From the NCBI GenBank assembly GCA_031459915.1, contig JAVKHO010000005.1:99259-163258 (forward strand): a stretch of DNA of 64,000 nucleotides. Reading direction: 5' to 3'. Shown here in pieces: positions 8,712 through 16,475 of the stretch (position 1 is the stretch's first letter; each line of letters starts with the position of its first letter). The DNA comes from Candidatus Tepidifontimicrobium thermophilum (GTDB taxonomy: Bacteria > Sysuimicrobiota > Sysuimicrobiia > Sysuimicrobiales > Sysuimicrobiaceae). Under the pieces are notes generated by a model that had not been told where the DNA came from, searched no databases, and saw only the letters and a list, made by a program, of their open reading frames with translations. The translations under genes were made by a program, and so were the position numbers.

Positions 8712-9436
8712 AGCCCCCTCACCACCTGTGGCAGGAGGCGCTGGAACGCCTCCGCGTACTGGATGCTGCGGTCTCCGGAGATCCGGCGTGCGTGGTTGGC
8801 GCGCCGCTCCGCCATGGCCGTGTAGTACGCCACCAGGTACCGCTGGGATGCGACCGCCTCCATCGCCCGCAGCTTCAGCGGGAACACCGGCGTGATGTCG
8901 AGGAAGGTGGTGGGCACGAACCCGCACAGCTCGGACTGGTGCGGCTCGAAGGCGAGGACCTGAGCCGGCGGCACCGTCTGGAAGGCGCTCGCGACCCCGG
9001 CCCCGGAAGCCAGCTGGCGCGCCCGCTCCGTGGCCTGGTACGCGACAGGGTGGTCGGGGTTGAAGGGGTCGCGTTCCGGGTGGGTGAGGATGACGTCAGG
9101 CGCCCACTCCCGGATGACCGCGGCCAGCTGCTCGGTGGCCTCCCGGCCCGCCTCCAGGGGGTAGTCGCCCCAGTCCAGGCAGCGGAAGGGGGCACCGAGG
9201 ATCTCCGCCGCGCGGGTCGCCTCTTCGTGGCGGATGGCCTTCACCCGGTCCACCGTCTGGCCCGGTTCCGCCCACAGCTCACCGGACTCGCCCCGCTCAC
9301 CGTAGGACAGCGCGACCACCAGGGCCTGGCCGCCCGCGCGGGTTACGGTGGCGATGGCACCGCCGGCACGCCACACGAAGTCCGCGGCGTGCGCGCTCAC
9401 CACCAACAACCGCTGGGCCACGGTGTTCCCCCCCAT
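8708..9436 (-). CDS. galB: 4-oxalomesaconate hydratase (GalB, PIG-L family)
   Basis: LVVSAHAADFVWRAGGAIA, LSYGERGESGELW, THPERDPFNPDH, FEPHQSELCGF, YAEAFQR are GalB signatures. Confidence 0.88.
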   Translation of the reverse strand: MGGNTVAQRLLVVSAHAADFVWRAGGAIATVTRAGGQALVVALSYGERGESGELWAEPGQTVDRVKAIRHEEATRAAEILGAPFRCLDWGDYPLEAGREATEQLAAVIREWAPDVILTHPERDPFNPDHPVAYQATERARQLASGAGVASAFQTVPPAQVLAFEPHQSELCGFVPTTFLDITPVFPLKLRAMEAVASQRYLVAYYTAMAERRANHARRISGDRSIQYAEAFQRLLPQVVRGL

Positions 9437-9442
9437 GTCAGG

Positions 9443-10120
9443 TTACGGGGCCGCTGCGGGCCACGTCCGGCGCGCCACCTCCCGCAGGCTGGTCAGGACC
9501 GCCTGAAGGTGCGCCCTCATCCGAGCCTCCGCAGCGTCCGGGTCCTTCGCGGCCACGGCGTCCACGATGGCCCTGTGCTCTTCCAGGGAACGCGGCAGCC
9601 GACCCGGCGCCAGGACGGTGCGGTACTGGTACCGGACCATCTGCGCCCACAGCGAGTCCAGCAGGCGCTGTGCGGTGGCGTGCCCGCTGGCCCGCACCAG
9701 CACGTGGTGGAAGCGCCCGTTGCACTCGGAGTACCCCAGGGAGTCTCCCCGTCGCGCACAGGCGGCCATCTCGCGGAGGATCGCCCGCAGCTCGCGGACG
9801 TCCTGCGGCCGCGCGCGGAGGGCCGCGTGGCGGGCTGCCAAGCACTCCAGGGCCGCGCGGGCCTCGAGGATCTCCACGGCCTCTTCCTCCGTGAGCAGCC
9901 GGACTCGCGCGCCCCGGTTGGGCGACCGCTCCACCACTCCCTCCTGTTCCAGACGCGCCAGGGCGGTGCGGACCGCGGCCCGGCCGACGCCCAGCATGCG
10001 GGCCAGCTCCGTCTCCACCAGCCGCTGCCCCGGGACCAGGCGGCCTTCCAGGACCGCCCGGCGGAGCTGCTGGTAGCAGTAGGCCTCGCCCTCGCCCCGC
10101 TTGGGCCGTACGGCCCTCAA
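9443..10120 (-). CDS. GntR-family transcriptional regulator (FCD domain)
   Basis: wHTH LRRAVLEGRLVPGQRLVETELARMLGVGRAAVRTAL; FCD NGRFH, SLEEHRAIVDA; TTG start after SD GGAGGAG. Confidence 0.9.
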   Translation of the reverse strand: MRAVRPKRGEGEAYCYQQLRRAVLEGRLVPGQRLVETELARMLGVGRAAVRTALARLEQEGVVERSPNRGARVRLLTEEEAVEILEARAALECLAARHAALRARPQDVRELRAILREMAACARRGDSLGYSECNGRFHHVLVRASGHATAQRLLDSLWAQMVRYQYRTVLAPGRLPRSLEEHRAIVDAVAAKDPDAAEARMRAHLQAVLTSLREVARRTWPAAAP

Positions 10121-11046
10121 CGCTCCTCCTCCAGTCGCGCGATCCGCACGGTATTCTCCACCATGGTCCTGATCTGCGCCTCCTGGAGGCCCAGGGCCAG
10201 CAGCCGCTCCGCCAGCAGCGGCAGCCCGTCCTCCACCGGAGGAGCGTGGACCTGGCCCAGGTCGCTGGACAGGAACGAGTGGGCCGCTCCCACTGCGCGG
10301 ATGTTTTCGGCCAGCTCCTCCCAGGAGATCTTGCCGCTGTGGGCGGTACCGAAGCACCGCTCCAGCCATGCGCCCGCGCGGGCCAGCTGCCGCTGGTCTT
10401 CCACGCTCAGCCGCTGGGTGGGAAAGTCGGGGTGGGTGACGACGATGCACCTCACGCCTGCGGCCCGGGCCTCCTCCACCACGGTGAAGATCTCGTCCCT
10501 GGACAGGTGGCCGGTGGCCAGCACCATCCGGTGGCGTGCCACCACCCGCAGGACCTCCCGCAGCTCCGGTAGCGGTCTGCCGTTGCCGTCCACCACGCGC
10601 ACCGGTTCCCAGGGCACCCCGCTGCGCTGGAGGTCCTCCTGGAGCGCCGCCCATACCGGACGTTTCCCCTGTGGGTCAGGAGGCCGGCGGGACGGGCTCT
10701 CGTTCTCCGCGTCCACCGTGGGCAGCCACACGATGCGCGCGCCCTCCCGGGCGGCGATCTCCACCGCGAGGGGGTTAAGGCCGCCTGCCGGACCGTTCAG
10801 GCAGATGGAGCCCAGCACGTCCACCTCCGGGACCACGAACCGCGCCAGCCGCGCCCGGCCTGCGGTGGGACTGTAGTGGGACTTGATGGCGAACCCCGCC
10901 ATTCCCCGGCGCGCGAACCGGCGGGCGACCTCCACGTCGTTAGCGCTCCGGGGCAGGACGTCGGGCGCGGTGTGCACGTGGAGGTCGTACGCTCCCCGGA
11001 CGAGCGCCAGCGCCCGCTCACCGGGTCCTGCGTGCTCCTCCGTCAC
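10117..11046 (-). CDS. Amidohydrolase-superfamily metalloprotein of unknown function (DUF6282-like)
   Basis: DLHVHTAPD, IKSH, WLPT, ATGH, VTHP, SSDLGQ metal-site pattern; GTG overlaps the upstream stop. Confidence 0.7.
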   Translation of the reverse strand: MTEEHAGPGERALALVRGAYDLHVHTAPDVLPRSANDVEVARRFARRGMAGFAIKSHYSPTAGRARLARFVVPEVDVLGSICLNGPAGGLNPLAVEIAAREGARIVWLPTVDAENESPSRRPPDPQGKRPVWAALQEDLQRSGVPWEPVRVVDGNGRPLPELREVLRVVARHRMVLATGHLSRDEIFTVVEEARAAGVRCIVVTHPDFPTQRLSVEDQRQLARAGAWLERCFGTAHSGKISWEELAENIRAVGAAHSFLSSDLGQVHAPPVEDGLPLLAERLLALGLQEAQIRTMVENTVRIARLEEER

Positions 11047-11837
11047 CGCTGCCCCGCCAGCTCCACAAGCCACCCGACGCAGGCCTGAGCTACCCGCGGC
11101 GCGACCCCAAGCTCCTCCAACAGCTCGCAGGCGGCCCGCATCTCGTCGGCCCTGCGGGCCGCATGGGTATAGGTGCCTTCCACCAGGCGGCTCAGCAGCG
11201 TGGCGTCCGCCTGCTCCAGGGTCTTCGCGATGTCCTCGTAGACTTCCGCCTCGCAGCCCAGGGCGCGGGCTGCGGCCAGGGCCTCCAGGGCGGAGGCCGC
11301 CAGCCCCTTCATGAACACGCTGCGGACCAACTTGCGGCCCGCTGCCAGGCCCACCTCCGGTCCCAGGACCCGCACCGGCATCCCCAGGGGACCCAGGCGG
11401 TCTGCGAGCGCCTGGGCGCCGGGGCCGCTGGCCAGGGCAGGAGTGCGGATGCCCCTTCCGGGGACGGGTGCCATGAGCGCGACGTCTGCGAACAGCGCCC
11501 CAGAGGGCTGGACGACCGCCGCAGCCCTCCGCTTGACGGCGGGGGCGGTGCTGTTGCAGTCCGCGTACACCTGACCTGGCTCCAGCCCGCTCACTGCAGC
11601 CTCGGCCACCTGCAGGGCGGAAGAGGGCGTGGTGAGCACCAGGACCACGTGGGCCCCCGACGCAGCCGCACGGGGCCCGTCCGCGAGGGCCACGCCTTCG
11701 GGGATGCGCTTGGGCTCAGGGTCCCAGCCCACCACCCGGACGCCCGCGCGGGCCAGGTCCTCCGCGACGGCACTCCCCGCCTCGCCCAAACCGAAGACGG
11801 CCACCCCCAGGATGGCTGCCCGTGCGCCTGGCCGCAT
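11043..11837 (-). CDS. NAD(P)-dependent oxidoreductase, 6PGD/3-hydroxyisobutyrate-DH-like with DUF1932-type C-terminus
   Basis: GLGEAG Rossmann motif, YADCNSTAP, DVALMAPVP, KLVRSVFMKG, HAARRADEM. Confidence 0.75.
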   Translation of the reverse strand: MRPGARAAILGVAVFGLGEAGSAVAEDLARAGVRVVGWDPEPKRIPEGVALADGPRAAASGAHVVLVLTTPSSALQVAEAAVSGLEPGQVYADCNSTAPAVKRRAAAVVQPSGALFADVALMAPVPGRGIRTPALASGPGAQALADRLGPLGMPVRVLGPEVGLAAGRKLVRSVFMKGLAASALEALAAARALGCEAEVYEDIAKTLEQADATLLSRLVEGTYTHAARRADEMRAACELLEELGVAPRVAQACVGWLVELAGQR

Positions 11838-11844
11838 CGGCCGC

Positions 11845-11888
11845 ATTGTATTTTCCCCGGGCGGACCTGTCAACTTTGTTGTAGACAA
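11845..11888 (-). promoter_or_regulatory. Near-consensus sigma70 promoter of the aromatic operon with tandem operator
   Basis: Minus strand: TTGTCTACAA-CA-AAG-TTGACA(11873-11868)-17 nt-TACAAT(11850-11845), 7 nt before ATG 11837. Confidence 0.8.
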
Positions 11889-11974
11889 TCCGGCCCGGGT
11901 AGAGCCGGTAGGGGTGCGCTCGGTCTTGCGCCCGCTCCCCCGGCGGTCCGCCATGCTTCAGGCGCAGACTGTCG

Positions 11975-12070
11975 CTACCGCCCGAACAAGAGGAACATCA
12001 GCGACCGGATCACAAACGCCCATACCAGCAGCGGCAGCAGCCAAGGGAGGTCCTCCAGCAACGTGCTCAC
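11975..12070 (-). CDS. Putative 31-aa small membrane protein (not in ORF track)
   Basis: MSTLLEDLPWLLPLLVWAFVIRSLMFLLFGR*; SD-like AAGGTGGTGG before GTG; single hydrophobic helix. Confidence 0.45.
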   Translation of the reverse strand: MSTLLEDLPWLLPLLVWAFVIRSLMFLLFGR

Positions 12071-12252
12071 GTCCCACCACCTTTTGTACGGGTGACCCTG
12101 CGAGCGTGCTCTGTAGGGACACCTTCGCGAGCGGGCCGTTCCACCTCGTCCACCCCTTCGGCGGGGTAGGGTTGGGGACCGCGGCAGCAGGCCCGGCGGT
12201 TTCCCCTGAGTTGCAGACGCGGGTCACTCACGCGGTTTCCTAAGCTCGCTGC

Positions 12253-12348
12253 TGGTCGGGCCCGACGGATTTCTGCCCCGCGAATCGCTGCGCGCTTTGC
12301 GGGGATCCCGCTACCCACAGGTCGGGCCGGGCGGATTTGAACCGCCGA
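12253..12348 (-). repeat. Direct repeats of the tRNA-Pro 3' end (att-like)
   Basis: 12320-12348 identical to 12488-12516 (29 bp); degenerate copy 12253-12272. Confidence 0.85.
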
Positions 12349-12486
12349 TGCCACCCCAGCCAGTCGAAGGGAGGGGTCGCCTTTCCGTGAAGACGCGCAG
12401 CGACTGGCTGGGGACCCCGGCGGGAGGTCGGCGGTTTCGTGCTGAGTTGCGCGGTGGGTCGCCAAACGGTTTACTGCTCTCCTTCC

Positions 12487-12563
12487 TGGTCGGGCCGGGC
12501 GGATTTGAACCGCCGACCTCCTGAACCCCATTCAGGTGCGCTCCCAGGCTGCGCTACGGCCCG
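12487..12563 (-). tRNA. tRNA-Pro(GGG)
   Basis: 77 nt cloverleaf CGGGCCG...; anticodon arm CCTGA-ATGGGGT-TCAGG; T-loop TTCAAAT; encoded CCA. Confidence 0.97.
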
Positions 12564-12570
12564 CGTGCGG

Positions 12571-12580
12571 ATTATATCAT
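12571..12580. promoter_or_regulatory. Overlapping divergent -10 elements for the tRNA (-) and the adjacent CDS (+)
   Basis: Minus TGaTATAAT 7 nt before the tRNA 5' end; plus TATCAT 12575-12580, 6 nt before GTG 12587. Confidence 0.6.
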
Positions 12581-12586
12581 GGTCGG

Positions 12587-13222
12587 GTGAGCGTGTCCGG
12601 CCGGCTGACCGTTGCCTTCCTGGTGCTGGTGGCCGTGTCCGTGGGAGCTTTCGCAGCCGCGGGATGGGCCAGCCGCACCCCGCACGTCCACACGGCCCGC
12701 ATGTTGCAGGCCCTGCGGGACGGGGACGCGGAGACAGCCCTGGGTTGGGTGGACGTCCCCTCGGTGGCGGCCTCCGTGGTGGAGGTCCTTGAGGAGGAGT
12801 GGGTGCAGGCGCGGGCGGGAGACCCGGGCCGGTACGTGGCGTCGCCTTTGGTGCGTCCGCTGCTGCGCGGGGTGTTCGGTCTGGCGCGGGGTCAGGTCCA
12901 GCGCAGGGTGGAGGAGGAACTGCGGACCCTGCTCCGGCGCGTGGCGGAGGGCCACCCCGACGCGCCGGTGCAGCTACCGCGCTGGGGAGGCTTCCCCGTC
13001 AGCCTCGCCGCGGTGCTGTGGTTTGTGGACGTGCAGTGGCTTTCCGCGGACCGGGTGCGGCTATCTGCAGGGCCCGCGGACCAGCCGTGGCTGCGGGTAG
13101 AGATGGCGTGGCGCACGGACCGTTGGGTCGTGGTGGCCGCGGACCGGGAGTGGGTGGCCGCGCTGCTCCGCCCCCGCCTCGTCCGGCCCGAGGCATCGCC
13201 CCCGGGCAGCCCGGAACCCTAG
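12587..13222 (+). CDS. Membrane-anchored hypothetical protein (DUF2939-like)
   Basis: N-terminal hydrophobic helix; LQALRDGDAETALGWVDVPSV resembles DUF2939. Confidence 0.55.
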   Translation: MSVSGRLTVAFLVLVAVSVGAFAAAGWASRTPHVHTARMLQALRDGDAETALGWVDVPSVAASVVEVLEEEWVQARAGDPGRYVASPLVRPLLRGVFGLARGQVQRRVEEELRTLLRRVAEGHPDAPVQLPRWGGFPVSLAAVLWFVDVQWLSADRVRLSAGPADQPWLRVEMAWRTDRWVVVAADREWVAALLRPRLVRPEASPPGSPEP

Positions 13223-13231
13223 GCGCCGGCG

Positions 13232-13636
13232 GTGTCTGCGGGAGAGGGCTTCCGCGAACGGGTGCTGGCCGTGGTCGCCGCCATCCCCCGCGGGAGAGTG
13301 CTGACTTACGGTGAGGTGGCGGCCCTCGCGGGCCGGCCCCGGTCTGCGCGCGAGGTGGGCTGGATCGCCCACGCCAGCACAGATGACCTCCCCTGGCACC
13401 GGGTCGTGAACCGGTTCGGGGGCTTGGCCTCAGGGTACACCGGTGGCCCTGGAGCGCAGGCCAGAGCCCTCCGGCAAGAGGGAGTACGGGTCCGCCGGAA
13501 CCTGACCGTGGACCTGGCCCGCTACCGGTGGACGCCCTCGGATGCGGAGCTGGCCCGCCTCCTGGGGGGCTCCGGGCGCCCAGGAAACCCGACGTTTACA
13601 GCCGGCGGACTAGGCCCACCGCCTTCCCCTCGATGA
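13232..13636 (+). CDS. Alkyltransferase-like protein (ATL/YbaZ, MGMT family)
   Basis: [25 protein letters not shown] (Trp in place of the catalytic Cys). Confidence 0.85.
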   Translation: MSAGEGFRERVLAVVAAIPRGRVLTYGEVAALAGRPRSAREVGWIAHASTDDLPWHRVVNRFGGLASGYTGGPGAQARALRQEGVRVRRNLTVDLARYRWTPSDAELARLLGGSGRPGNPTFTAGGLGPPPSPR

Positions 13637-14207
13637 CCACGTCCCGGGCGTAGATGGGTTCCATGGTCGGGTTCTCGGGCTGCAGCCGGATCCGGTCGCC
13701 CTCCCGGTAGAACCGCTTCACGGTGGCCTCGTCCCCGATGCGGGCCACCACGATGTCCCCGTCCTGCGCGTGGGACTGCTTGCGGACCACCAGGTAGTCC
13801 CCGTCGTAGATCCCCGCGCCGACCATGGAGTCGCCCCGGACCCGGAGCAGGAAGCACTCCCCGCCGCCCACGAAGTCCTCCGGGAGGGTGAAGGAGTCCT
13901 CGATGTTCTGCTCTGCCAGGATCGGCGCCCCCGCGGTCACCCGGCCGACCACCGGAAGCGAGACGACCCGCTTGTGGGGCAGGCTGGTGGGGTCCTTCAG
14001 GACCTCGATGGCGCGCGGCTTGCTGGGGTCCCGCCGTAGGTAACCTTTCTTCTCCAGCGCGCTGAGGTGGCTGTGGACGGTGGAGCTGCTGGTCAGGTGC
14101 AGGGCGTTGCCGATGTCCCGCACCGAGGGCGGGTACCCGCGCCGTCGCGTGTATTCGATCACGAAGTCCAGGATCTGCCGCTGCCGTCGCGTGAGCCCTC
14201 TGCTCAT
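13596..14207 (-). CDS. lexA: SOS repressor LexA
   Basis: [18 protein letters not shown], Ala-Gly cleavage site VTAGAPI, GDSM serine, EATVKR lysine. Confidence 0.97.
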   Translation of the reverse strand: MSRGLTRRQRQILDFVIEYTRRRGYPPSVRDIGNALHLTSSSTVHSHLSALEKKGYLRRDPSKPRAIEVLKDPTSLPHKRVVSLPVVGRVTAGAPILAEQNIEDSFTLPEDFVGGGECFLLRVRGDSMVGAGIYDGDYLVVRKQSHAQDGDIVVARIGDEATVKRFYREGDRIRLQPENPTMEPIYARDVVIEGKAVGLVRRL

Positions 14208-14236
14208 GGTCCTCCCCCTTTCCGAAGCGTGCCGCT

Positions 14237-14275
14237 ATCTTACCACACAGGCTTTCGATAGGCAAACGTCTGTTC
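14237..14275 (-). promoter_or_regulatory. lexA promoter with Gram-positive-type SOS box (GAAC-N4-GTTT)
   Basis: Minus: GAACAGACGTTT (14275-14264) overlapping -35 TTGCCT, 17 nt spacer, TGgTAAGAT. Confidence 0.8.
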
Positions 14276-14284
14276 AAGCGGTCC

Positions 14285-14314
14285 TTGACCCCCGGGAACC
14301 GGGCACCGTAGACT
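14285..14314 (+). promoter_or_regulatory. rny operon promoter
   Basis: TTGACC-18 nt-TAGACT. Confidence 0.6.
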
Positions 14315-14362
14315 AGCAGGCGAAGGCGAGGACGCACCGCCCACAAGGGGAGGTGACGAAAC

Positions 14363-15904
14363 ACGAACGCCACTGAGTTCGCCGCGCTGCTGGGCGCGGT
14401 GGGCGTGGTGGCCTTCTTCGGTGGGTACGTTCTCCGGAAGCTGATCGCGGAAGCGAAGATCCGTTCGGCGGAGCAGGAAGCCCGCCGGATCGTGGAAGAG
14501 GCGCGACGTGAGGCCGAGTCCAAGGCCAAAGAGGCCCTCCTGGAGGCCAAGGAAGAGGCGCTGCGGCTCCGTCGGGAGGCGGAGCGCGAGATCCGGGAGC
14601 AGCGTGCGGACCTCCAGCGTCTGGAGCGGCGCCTGGTCCAGCGGGAGGAGGCCCTGGATCGCAGGGCGGACCAGCTCGAGCGTCGTGAGCGCGCGATCCA
14701 GCAGCAGGAGCAGGAACTGGCCCAGCGAGCCGAGGAGGTCAACGCGCTCATCGGCGAGCAGCGGCAGGCCCTGGAACGCATTGCGGGTCTGACCGCGGAG
14801 GAAGCCCGCCAGCGGCTGCTCGAGCAGATCGAGGCGGACGTGCGCGAGGACGCCCTGGCGCGCATCCGCAAGATCGAGCGGGAGGCGCGGGAGGAAGCCG
14901 AGCGGCGGGCCCGGGAGATCCTGGCGCTTGCTATCCAGCGCACCGCCGCCGACCACACCGCGGAGGTCACCGTGTCCGTGGTGCCCCTCCCGTCCGACGA
15001 GATGAAGGGCCGGATCATCGGCCGGGAGGGCCGGAACATCCGGGCCCTGGAAGCCCTCACGGGCGTGGACCTCATCATCGACGACACCCCCGAGGCCGTG
15101 ACCCTCTCCTCCTTCGACCCCGTGCGGCGGGAAGTGGCGAAGATCGCCCTGGAGAAGCTCATGTCGGACGGCCGCATCCACCCGGCCCGGATCGAGGAGA
15201 TGGTGGAGAAAGCGCAGCGGGAGCTGGAGGAACGGATCGTCCAGGAGGGAGAGCGGGCGGCCCTGGAGGCGGGCGTCCACGGCCTGCACCCGGACCTCGT
15301 GAAGCTGCTGGGGCGGCTGAAGTTCCGGACCTCCTACGGCCAGAACGTGTTGCAGCACTCGGTGGAGGTGGCGCTGCTGGCGGGCGAGCTGGCGGCGCAG
15401 TTGGGCGCGGACGCGGCCCTGGCGCGACGGGCGGGGCTGCTGCACGACATCGGCAAGGCCCTCACCCACGAGGTCCAGGGCAGCCACACGCAGATCGGGC
15501 TGGACGTCGCCCGGCGGTACCACGAGCACCCCGCGGTGCTGAACGCCATCCTGTACCACCACGGGGAGGAGGAGGCCAAGTATGTGGAGGCGGTGCTCGT
15601 GGCCGCGGCGGACGCCATCTCCGGCTCCCGGCCCGGTGCCCGGAAGGAGTCCGTGGAGATGTACATCCAGCGGCTGCAGGCCCTGGAGCAGCTGGCCACC
15701 TCTTTCCCCGGCGTGGAGAAGGCCTACGCGATCCAGGCGGGCCGGGAGATCCGGGTCATCGTGCGGCCCAACGAGGTGGACGACCTGGCCGCGTACCGCC
15801 TGGCCCGGGACCTGGCCCGCAGGATCGAGGCGGACCTGGACTACCCGGGGCAGATCAAGGTGACGGTGCTGCGGGAGACGCGGGTGGTGGAGTACGCCCG
15901 CTGA
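14363..15904 (+). CDS. rny: Ribonuclease Y (probable non-canonical ACG start)
   Basis: N-terminal TM, coiled coil, [38 protein letters not shown] 6 nt before in-frame ACG 14363; first canonical start GTG 14399 lacks an SD. Confidence 0.95.
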   Translation, partial: TNATEFAALLGAVGVVAFFGGYVLRKLIAEAKIRSAEQEARRIVEEARREAESKAKEALLEAKEEALRLRREAEREIREQRADLQRLERRLVQREEALDRRADQLERRERAIQQQEQELAQRAEEVNALIGEQRQALERIAGLTAEEARQRLLEQIEADVREDALARIRKIEREAREEAERRAREILALAIQRTAADHTAEVTVSVVPLPSDEMKGRIIGREGRNIRALEALTGVDLIIDDTPEAVTLSSFDPVRREVAKIALEKLMSDGRIHPARIEEMVEKAQRELEERIVQEGERAALEAGVHGLHPDLVKLLGRLKFRTSYGQNVLQHSVEVALLAGELAAQLGADAALARRAGLLHDIGKALTHEVQGSHTQIGLDVARRYHEHPAVLNAILYHHGEEEAKYVEAVLVAAADAISGSRPGARKESVEMYIQRLQALEQLATSFPGVEKAYAIQAGREIRVIVRPNEVDDLAAYRLARDLARRIEADLDYPGQIKVTVLRETRVVEYAR

Positions 15905-15923
15905 CGCAGCTGCGGAGGGGCTT

Positions 15924-16475
15924 GTGGCCGTGGGACCCTCGTACGCCACGGAGGCCGTTCGGATCCTGCCCGACAGCGTCAGCTTCGTGGCCGCCCTGCT
16001 GGTGGAATTCCCGGAGTTCGCCTCCGCGGCCTTCCACCCGCGTGAGGGGACCCTGCGGCTCACCCTGCTGGTCGGCCGCAGGCTGCCGGCCCCTTCCCGG
16101 GTGCGGTTCGCCCGGAGGGTCGAGGACGCGGTGGCGGTCCTGCACGAGCTGGAGGGCGGGCCACCACCGCGTGTGGAGGTTCGCTGGCGGGTGGGCCCTA
16201 ATTTCACCCGGTTCGACCTGGTGCGATCCGTGGACGACCTGACCGTGGAAGAGGTGCGGGTGGTAGCGCAGCTGGCCCGCGACAGCTTCGGAGGCGACCT
16301 GCTGGCGGGCGAGCGAGGTCAGGAGGAGGGGCGGGAGGAGGAGCTGCGCTACGCCCTGGAGCACGCCCGCCAGCTGCGTCCCACCCGGCCCGTGGTCGGG
16401 CTCCGGGAAGGCGGCAAGGTCCTCGTTTACTACGCCCCCCGGACCGCCCGCCGGGTGCGGGAGCCCGTTCCTTGA
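15924..16475 (+). CDS. Hypothetical protein between rny and ymdB
   Basis: SD GGAGGGG, GC3-rich codons, stop overlaps the next start. Confidence 0.65.
   Translation: MAVGPSYATEAVRILPDSVSFVAALLVEFPEFASAAFHPREGTLRLTLLVGRRLPAPSRVRFARRVEDAVAVLHELEGGPPPRVEVRWRVGPNFTRFDLVRSVDDLTVEEVRVVAQLARDSFGGDLLAGERGQEEGREEELRYALEHARQLRPTRPVVGLREGGKVLVYYAPRTARRVREPVP

Noticed and set aside
11958..12227. 89-aa minus-strand ORF from the ORF track
   Set aside because: No convincing SD or motif; the overlapping 31-aa frame has a better SD and a coherent TM helix
12253..12563. CRISPR-like array or second tRNA gene
   Set aside because: Only 2-3 unequally spaced copies of the tRNA 3' portion; no D or anticodon arms in the copies and no cas genes
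14399..14401. GTG 14399 as the rny start
   Set aside because: No SD and it truncates the membrane anchor; ACG 14363 fits better
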